From Octopus vulgaris (lineage: Eukaryota): a stretch of DNA of 64,000 bases. The notes beneath the pieces were generated by a model, which worked only from the letters and a program-made list of their open reading frames with translations, did not search any database and was not told where the DNA came from. Positions 55,758 through 64,000 of the stretch are shown here, piece by piece. The stretch covers positions 23,746,001 to 23,810,000 of the forward strand of contig OX597835.1 in assembly GCA_951406725.2 (NCBI GenBank), given 5' to 3'. The first letter of the stretch is position 1, and each line of letters starts with the position of its first letter. The position numbers and the translations under genes were made by a program.

Positions 55758-55786
55758 GCACACACACACACACACACACACACACA

Positions 55787-55837
<51 letters not shown>

Positions 55838-55852
55838 ACACACACACACACA
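55720..55852. repeat. (CA)n microsatellite
   Basis: Direct inspection. Confidence 0.95.
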
Positions 55853-56538
55853 TCTGCCTATGAAATCCAGTCTGAAGGGTTCAGTTGTTCTGGGGCTAAA
55901 GTAGAAGACACATATCCAAAGTGTCTTGCAGTGGGACTGAACCTGCGATGCCATAGTTGGTAAGCATGCTTCTTACCACTCAGCCACATGTGCACCAAGT
56001 CTGAGAAACGAAACTATTTATGTAGCCCCTAAGTTGACCCAATTCCAAAATGCTCCCATGCTCTCACTAGGACCACCTGAGGAATGCGTTTATTCACAGG
56101 TGAAGGGAACCGGGTCATATTTCATGCTTGATCAGGTTCACATTAAAAGAAATGCCTTAGATCAAGACATTCAAATTTACAGGGCCATGTAGATTGGATT
56201 AAAGCAAAAACCTGATCTCCCGGACTGGATAAGGGCAAATAATCTTTAAAATCCTATTCATAATGTTGGCCAAATTAAATGAATAAAAGTGTTTGGGGTC
56301 AGTTTACACTATGACAGTTCGAGAAAGCATGCTAGAGGTATGTAATTTACAGGATATCTTAAGATTAATGCTATAAGTTTTTGTTTAAAAACAATGAACT
56401 GGTGTGGTTAGATTAAATCTTGTTGTGGATCAGATATGGCTTGGCTTTATGTTTTATACCTTTGTCCTATATATGAAAATCTATATCTACATACCTACCA
56501 CCTACCTACATGCATATATACATACATACATACATACA

Positions 56539-56572
<34 letters not shown>

Positions 56573-56618
56573 CCTACATACATACCTACATGCATACATA
56601 CATACATACATACATACA

Positions 56619-56654
<36 letters not shown>

Positions 56655-56730
56655 TACACATACACGCACACACACTCACACACACACACACATATGTATG
56701 TATGTATATTTATGTATGTATATGTATGTA

Positions 56731-57436
56731 CAGGGGTTGGGCAAAATAATGGAAACACCTAGCATCATTGCATCATAATTTTGAAATATCTATAAAACCG
56801 TCAAAAGCTTGTTTATTTTTATGTTTTTGATTTATTATTAGTGTTGCTTAATATGTTTTGCTAAAATTGTTGTTTCTTTTCTGATATCATAAGAAAAAAT
56901 GATTAAAATTCATTAAGTGACAGATCTGTCGAACCTTCAAGGAGGTCAAATTGTTGGTGCTTGTATCTTGGAAATCCACCAGCCCAAAGGTTTCCATTCA
57001 TGGCAGAATTAATAGCCAAGACTATTTAAGCATTTTATCTGATCAAATTCATCCTATGGTTGCAGAACTGTTTCCGGTGGGAAATGCAATCTTCACACAG
57101 CTAAAGTTGTTACTGAATGGCATGAGGAACATTCTGGTGAGGTTGAACATCTTATCTGGCCACCACAGTCCCCAGATCTCAATATTATTGAACATTTACG
57201 GTGCATTTTAGAAAAACAAGTAAGGAGTTGATATCCTCCATCATCGTCACTACAAGAACTGGAGACTGTTTTAGCTGAAGAATAGACAAAAATTCCTTTG
57301 GAAACAATTCAAACTTTATATGAGTCCATACCTTATAGAATTTAATCTGTAATTACTGCCGAAGTTGGTCCTACTCCATATTAAAATAAATTTGTTTGAA
57401 ATTTTAAGGTGTATCCATTATTTTGTCCAAACCCTG
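56731..57436 (+). mobile_element. Internally deleted Tc1 transposon
   Basis: TIRs CAGGGGTTGGGCAAAATAATGGAAACACCT / AGGTGTATCCATTATTTTGTCCAAACCCTG after TA; frameshifted transposase remnant WPPQSPDLNIIEHL. Confidence 0.9.
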
Positions 57437-57455
57437 TTTATATATGTATATATGG

Positions 57456-57491
<36 letters not shown>

Positions 57492-57620
57492 AAATGGATA
57501 AATGAATTATCTTGTTACGGATTAATCAAATTATAACCGATACCTGGGTAGCAAAAATCACAACAGAAAAATCACGGTTGGGGTATCGCAACCGTGCCTT
57601 AGTGCGGATAATTGAAGTTT

Positions 57621-57786
57621 TATATATTTAGTGAGTGAAGAAATGGAGCTGGACGAAGATTTTACAAAATTCCTTTTTATTATTTTCTACACATGTTTCA
57701 AAGGCTTTGCAGCCTTTGAAACATATGTAAAAAATAATAAAAAGGAATTTTGTAAAATCTTCGTCCAGCTCCATTTCTTCACTCAC

Positions 57787-57796
<10 letters not shown>
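57621..57796. repeat. Near-perfect ~85-bp-arm palindrome with a 4-nt loop
   Basis: TTTAGTGAGTGAAGAAATGGAGCTGGACG...TTTCAAAGGCT-TTGC-AGCCTTTGAAA...CGTCCAGCTCCATTTCTTCACTCACTAAA; 2 mismatches seen. Confidence 0.9.
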
Positions 57797-57857
<61 letters not shown>

Positions 57858-58445
57858 TATATACATGTATATGTATACTTTGTTTATATATATATATATA
57901 TGTATGTCTGTGTTCTATCTATCTATCTATCTATCTATCTAAGGGTTCACATCCAGGGTTCATAAGGCCCCTGAGGGTTCACGTGAGATTTTGTTGTTAA
58001 GATTTATGTGCAATAAATTGTTTATACATCTGCAATACACAAAATATTTTTAACAATTTTTTAATACAATTCCTTATAATATTTAATATTAAAAATATAA
58101 TAGGATTTATTTTAGACATTGAATGGCAATAGAGGTCCAGTGGGGTAAAACAGAAAACAAAGGGGTCCAGAAGTGAAAAAAAAATGGTTGAGAACCACTG
58201 ATCTAATTTGTCCATCCATCCGTCTATCTGTCCGTCCATTTGTCCATCAGTCTGTCTGTCCATCCATCTGTGTGTCAGAGAAGATGTGGCTGTGTGGTTA
58301 TGAAGTTTGCTTGGAGCCTCTTGAGCAAGTTCTACTAAAAAGTTCTGACCAAAATCTTGTGGGTGTGTTTGGTGAACTAGTTGAGTTGATGCTGTTGAAT
58401 AATGCCCCTTCCCTCAAAACTGTTTGCATTGTGCTTAAATTAGAA

Positions 58446-58525
<80 letters not shown>

Positions 58526-58830
58526 GATGGTGAGCTGGCAGAATTGCTAGTGTAGTGGATGAAATGCTTAGTGGTATTTCACCTGTCACTACGTTCTGAG
58601 TTCAGATTTAGCCGAGGTCGACTTAGCTTTTAATCCTTTTGGAGTCGATAAAATAAGTACCAGTTGTACACTAGGGGTTGATGTAATCAACCCATACCCT
58701 CCCCCAAAACTGCTACCCTTGTAAAATTCGAAACCATTATAATCATCATCATCATCATCATCATTATCGTTGTTGTTGTTGTTGTTGTTGTTATTATTAT
58801 CATTATTATTATTTTACTTTTTTTGTATAG

Positions 58831-58999
58831 ATTCATCAGTTGTTTTCCAAGTTTGTTGTTACCACCGGCCAACTTGAACAGATTAAAACTGTGACGGAAC
58901 AAAATATGAAATTTGGCAGCAGCCTCAGTCCTACTGATCGTCAAAAGACAACACTTTTGATGGAAAATACTTTCATTGAGAAAAACTTATCTGGAAATG
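58831..58999 (+). CDS. HK: Hexokinase exon
   Basis: ttttgtatag|ATT...AAT G|gtaaat; 169 nt; IHQLFSKFVVTTGQLEQIKTVTEQNMKFGSSLSPTDRQKTTLLMENTFIEKNLSGN; phase-1 end makes GAG (E) with the next exon. Confidence 0.88.
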
Positions 59000-59236
59000 G
59001 TAAATCCTGAAACATTGTTTTACTCGTGTTTTTTTTGTGTTTTTGTTTTATTTCTTTAGGCACAGGTGGTGTAGCTGTGTTGTAAGAAGCTTGCTTTCCA
59101 ACCAAATGATTCTGGGTTCAGTTCCGCTGCATGGCACCTTGGGCAAGTGTCTTCTACTATAGCCTCAGGTCGACCAAAGTCTAGTGAGCAGATTTGGTAG
59201 ATGGAAAGTGAAAGGAGCCTGATGTGTGTATATGTA

Positions 59237-59803
59237 TTGGGTTGTTCGGAAAGTTCATGCCGATTTTTAAAGGAAAGAAAAAGGTCAATAAATACTTGCC
59301 ATTACATTTTTAATCAACCAAATATGAACCATTTTGTTGCACAATGCGTCTCCATCTTTCCTTTAACTTAAAAATACCCTCTTTTTCCAAATTGAGGTGG
59401 TTTCATGGCAAAGAATTCATTAAGGTATCTTGTTACGTCATCCAAGGAATTTTCATTTTTACCATTAAGACTATTCTGCAGAGATCTGAATATGTGGAAC
59501 TCTGAAGGAGCAATATCTGGTGAATATGGAGGGTGGGGTAACACATCCCAGCCGAACTGCAGCAATTTTTGTCTGGTTCCCAAAGCATCAAGTGCTGAAA
59601 ATGAACTCTCTTATCTTCCATTTTAAAGGGTTACAGAATTAACACAGGTTATAGGGATATAAACCTTCTTCCATGAAAAGATAGCTCAAACTGTGCTCTA
59701 AATGGAGGTGTACTCAAATCCTATTTTATGGACTCAACCATGTTCTAAAAGAAGTCAAAAGGTAAGCTACTATAAATTGGCACGAACTTTCCGGACAACC
59801 CAA
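59237..59803 (-). mobile_element. Internally deleted mariner transposon
   Basis: TA-flanked TIRs TTGGGTTGTTCGGAAAGTTCATGCCGATTT / AAATTGGCACGAACTTTCCGGACAACCCAA; remnant WDVLPHPPYSPDIAPSEFHIF (YSPDLAP motif). Confidence 0.92.
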
Positions 59804-59823
59804 TATATATGATGACGATGATA

Positions 59824-59869
<46 letters not shown>

Positions 59870-60049
59870 CTGAAACTTCTGGTGATTTGCTGTGCTTGAG
59901 AAGACATGGTATCCTAAATGAAATCATTTGTGCTACTGAAGACTTGGTCTTAGTTTCATTGGTGTGTGTGTGTGTGTGTTGAATTGTTTGAGTCAGTGCA
60001 AAAATAAAAATCTGTCTTTAAATTTTCTTTTCTTTTCTTCCTCTGTTAG

Positions 60050-60189
60050 AGAATGGTACCTACCTCGGTCTGGATCTTGGTGGCACCAACCTGCGTCTGT
60101 TCCGGGTGAAGTTTGTTAATGGTAAGGCAGACACCAATCTAAAATATTACAAGATGCCAGCAGAATGCTTTAAGGGTCCCAGTCTTCAG
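60050..60189 (+). CDS. HK: Hexokinase exon with phosphate-1 ATP-binding motif
   Basis: ctgttag|AG...CAG|gtaaaa; 140 nt; (E)NGTYLGLDLGGTNLRLFRVKFVNGKADTNLKYYKMPAECFKGPSLQ; DLGGTN hexokinase signature. Confidence 0.96.
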
Positions 60190-60689
60190 GTAAAAACTTA
60201 AAACTTTTAAAACTTTTAAGGCGGCAAGCTGGCAGAATTGTTAGCGCGCTGGGCGAAATGCTTAGCTGTATTTCGTCTGCCGTTATGTTCTGAGTTTAAA
60301 TTCCGCTGAGGTCGACTTTGCCTATCATCCTTTCAGGGTCGATAAATTAAGTACCAGTTACACACTGGGGTCAATATAATCAACTTAATCCGTTTGTCTG
60401 TCCTTGTTTGTCCTCTTTGTGTTTAGCCCCTTGTGGGTAGTAAAGAAATAGGTAAAAACGTTAAATATTTTGCTTATTTTTGTTAAGTAACAATGGCAAC
60501 AACAACAACAACAACAAGACTAATAATTGTTTCTAATATTGGTACACGGTCAGATGTTTGGCGGAAAGGGTTAGTTGTTACATTAACCCCAGTACTTAAC
60601 TAGAACTTTATTTCATTGATCCTAAAGGGGTCATGTGCCCAACACCCTAACCACCAAGCCATACACCTCCATCGGTCACCTCTTCCATA

Positions 60690-61100
60690 AGGTTCAATTA
60701 GAAGCGGCTATCTTTATGCTTTCTGGCTGGGCTCTCCAAGCTTAACCAATGGAGAATAGGGATTTTATCCAACCATCTCATTGTAGGTCCACCCCTAGGT
60801 TTCCCATCAGTTGGTTCAGCTTGAAGAATCCGTCTTATAATTCTTTCTTGTGATATTCAAATCACATGTTCATATCAATGGAACTGTGACCTCTCAATGT
60901 GGAGAAATAGCGGCTTGAGCTGGAGTGGCTCCCTGATCTCCAAGCTATGTACCCCGTTGTGTAACGTTACTCTGGAGATCCTTCAGAGAAACCTATTTTG
61001 ACTGCTTTTGTTCATGATTATACTCTTTTGATCAATACCCAACATTCATGATCATGAATGAGGATAGACACAGAAACTTAATTGAAGGCCTCAAAACCAC
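60690..61100 (-). mobile_element. RTE-like LINE fragment
   Basis: Reverse complement is similar to 40560-40890 (GATCATGAAT..TGG, GGAGATCAG, TTGAGAGGTCAC, ATGGTTGGATA). Confidence 0.55.
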
Positions 61101-61187
61101 ATCTCTAAGATTGTCAAGAAGGCCTGAGGGTGTCATAGCATCACTCAGTAAGACCTTTGTCAGTTGCTCTCCAAGTTATCTATTTAA

Positions 61188-61407
61188 CCCTTTAGGGTTT
61201 AAACTGGCCATATCCGGCCTAAATATTCTATATGTTTTATATTCAAACTGGTGCTATCTAGCCTCTCACACCTAACCTACATTGACATTCTAAAAATAAA
61301 CAATCACGTCATTGAAACCTCAAAGCTATAAGATAATGCATGATTAATTAAAAACAATTTGAGTAAAAAAATATTACATTTAACAGAGTAATCTAAACAC
61401 TAAAGGG
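61188..61407. mobile_element. piggyBac-like MITE, second family
   Basis: TTAA|CCCTTTAG...CTAAAGGG|TTAA. Confidence 0.75.
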
Positions 61408-61411
61408 TTAA

Positions 61412-62020
61412 AGCTGTATATGTCTATGGTACATCCACTCTTAGAGTTTGCATCACCAGTCTGTAACCGTCATCTTGCTCAGCAAATAATTCTCCTGGAA
61501 ACTGTTCAGAAACGTGCAACAAAATGAATACCTGCCGTCGGACGTCTACCATACTCTGAACGTCATGCTTCCCCGGGCATGGATTCATTGAAGCTCTGAC
61601 ATTTGGCAACCTACTTGGTAGACACTCACAAAATTATCCACCATCTTTCCAACAACAACCTTGGGCATCTTTTTGAATTCCAAATGTCTGACACTTGTGG
61701 ACATGCTTATAAAATCAAAAAAAACAAAAAAAAAAAAACACACCACCCATGACTTTTGGATACATTTTTTCCACACTCAGAATTGCTGAAGCATGGAATA
61801 AACTACCCACATCAGTTGTTAGCTGTCAAGACACTACATCCTTCAAGACTTTCATGCTTCCTGACCCCACCCCCCATTTCTTTTTTTTTTATTAAGATTT
61901 ATTCACTGTTTCACCCCCTGTGCATATTCTTTGTACTGTTCTTGCAGTTTTGGTTACCTTTTCTGATGAGTTTTAGTGCACCTGAGCACTCTATATAAGT
62001 TCATTATTATTATTATTATT
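61412..62020 (+). mobile_element. Second, more degenerate copy of the same LINE 3' end
   Basis: Aligns with 4625-5225 (e.g. TTTGCATCACC, GCTGAAGCATGGAA, GTGCACCTGAGCACT), ends in (ATT)n. Confidence 0.8.
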
Positions 62021-62229
62021 CAGTAGTTTTATTTTTTATAGCGTGCTTTCACTTCACTACCGAGCGCAGCTCTGTGTGCCTTGGGTATGTGCTGTGATTT
62101 GTTGTGATGCTCTGATGGTTATTGTATGGAAAGTGTTCTGCGTAGGATGTGTGCAGTGCCTAGTAGTGCAATTTTCTGTATGTTATATGTGTTTGTAAGA
62201 CCTGGTGTTTTTGTTATGTATTTGTCTGA

Positions 62230-62294
<65 letters not shown>

Positions 62295-63015
62295 GGTGGT
62301 GAGCTGGCAGAATTGTTAGTGCGCTGGGTGAAATGCTTAGCAGTATTTTGCCTGTTGCTATATTCTGAGTTCAAATTCTGCCAAGGTTGACTTTGCCTTT
62401 CATCCTTTCGGAGTTGATAAATTAAGTACCAGTTGAGTACTGGGGGGTCGATGTGATCGACTGTCCCCCTCCCCACAAAATCCAGGCCTTGTGCTTATAG
62501 TAGAAAAGATTATTATTAAGGTGAAATGCTTAGTGGTATTTCATCTGCCGTTACATTGTGAGTTCAAATTCTGCTGAGGTCGACTTTGCCTTTCATCCTT
62601 TCGGGGTTGATAAATTAAGCACCAGTTATGCACTGGGGTCGATGTAATCGGCTTAATACCTATGTCTGTCCTTGTCTGTCCCCTCTATGTTTAGCCCCTT
62701 GTGGGCAGTAAAGAAAGAGGTATTTCGTCTGTCTTCACATTCTGAGTTCAAATTACTCCAAGGACAACTTTGCCTTTCATACTTTCGGGGGTGTCAATAA
62801 ATTAAGTACCAGTGAAACACTGGGGTCGATGTAATTGATTAGAATCCTCCCCACAACTTTCGGACCTTATCTCTTTAATATGAAGGATTATTATTATTAT
62901 CAAAAGGGTTAAAGAGAAATGAACAGGGGGGAGAAGTTATGATAGAACAATGTCTTACAGAAAGGAGGAGGAGGAGGAGGAGATAACAATAATATTTAAT
63001 GTTTTTCTGTTCCAG

Positions 63016-63094
63016 GTCTTTGAATTTATGGCTGACTGTATCAAAGACTTTTTAACTTACGATAACCTTGATAAATGTGGACGTCTGCCATTGG
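63016..63094 (+). CDS. HK: Hexokinase exon (gene continues beyond window)
   Basis: ttccag|GTC...TTG G|gtaaac; 79 nt; VFEFMADCIKDFLTYDNLDKCGRLPL(G), leading into the LGFTFSFP sugar-binding motif. Confidence 0.93.
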
Positions 63095-64000
63095 GTAAAC
63101 TGACTTCTGTTAATTCTAGAAATATCTTAACATCTTTTAAATCTTCTTTTTCTTTCCTTTCTGCTCCTCCTTTTGTATTTTTTGTCTTCCCTTTCTGTAT
63201 TCTTTTCCTTGTCCTCTTCTGCCCTCCCTCCTCCCTCCTCCCCTCCCATCTCATCTCCCCTCCTTCCTCCTCTTTCTTCATCACCCACCCCCTTTCTTCT
63301 TCACTTTTTTGGCTTTTGTTTTTCCCCTCATTTTCTTTTTAAAACCATACTGTCTTATTAGGTGTGAAGGCACGGTGGCTGAATCGTTAAGGTGTATGTC
63401 GCATTGGTTATAAGACTGTAAGTTCAGTTCCTGGACTGGGCAGCACATTTTGTGTCCTTGAGCGAGCCACTACTTTGTTCCAGAAGTCTGCACATCTGTA
63501 CTGAGAACCAACCAGGTGCTGGTACAGCCCTCTCTCTGTCCAGTTGTCACATACTGGACGTCTGCTGGATTTAAAGATAAGCAGGGCTGAGAGGGTTTCT
63601 GTGTCTGCCTCTGACTACACAAGCATCTAAAGCAATTAGTGAAAGCATGGTACATGTAAAGCTTAAAAGCTTAATCATCCCCTTCAGTCACGAATGACCA
63701 TGGGATTGCACCTAGAAAGTTACCCTACAAGGCACAAGTCCCGGCAAGGTTGTTTATGGAAGACCAGTAGTCGCCCATGCATGCCAGCCTCTCCTCTCCA
63801 CTCCACTCCACTGATGTTATCCAAGGGAAAAGTAAAGGTTGATACAGTTTGGGACCAGTGACGTTGCAGCTCATATTTCTAAAGCTGAGTGAACTAGAGT
63901 AATATGAAATAAAGTGTCTTGCTCAAGAATACAATACACAGAACTGAACTCACTACCTCAGGATTGTGAGCCTGGTGCTCTGAGCCATGCAACACAAACC

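Overview
This is AT-rich, repeat-dense animal genomic DNA. The tRNA-derived SINE complement and (TA)n/(CA)n/(ATT)n microsatellites resemble an Octopus (cephalopod) genome; the taxon is inferred, not verified. Two spliced protein-coding genes lie on the + strand, neither recovered by the ORF track. (1) The last nine coding exons (7164-22173) of a front-end fatty acyl desaturase (Fads, delta-5/delta-6 family) with all three His boxes (HDFGH, HYQHH, QIEHH). (2) The first four coding exons (54141-63094) of a hexokinase (DLGGTN phosphate-1 motif), with a candidate 5' non-coding exon ending at 43336. The rest is SINEs (some in long head-to-tail arrays), CR1/L2- and RTE-type LINE fragments, and Tc1, mariner, Tigger, piggyBac-like and Merlin-like non-autonomous DNA elements. 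The main unannotated signal is about a dozen type I minimal hammerhead ribozyme (HHR) motifs from several unrelated short repeat families of the Penelope-like/retrozyme kind. They include a fully intact copy (45422-45510, -), a sense copy in a Fads intron, a 358-nt tandem retrozyme-like unit, a family with a G3-C8 swapped core, and a fold-back palindrome centred on an HHR stem II. All ribozyme folds were done by eye and are untested.
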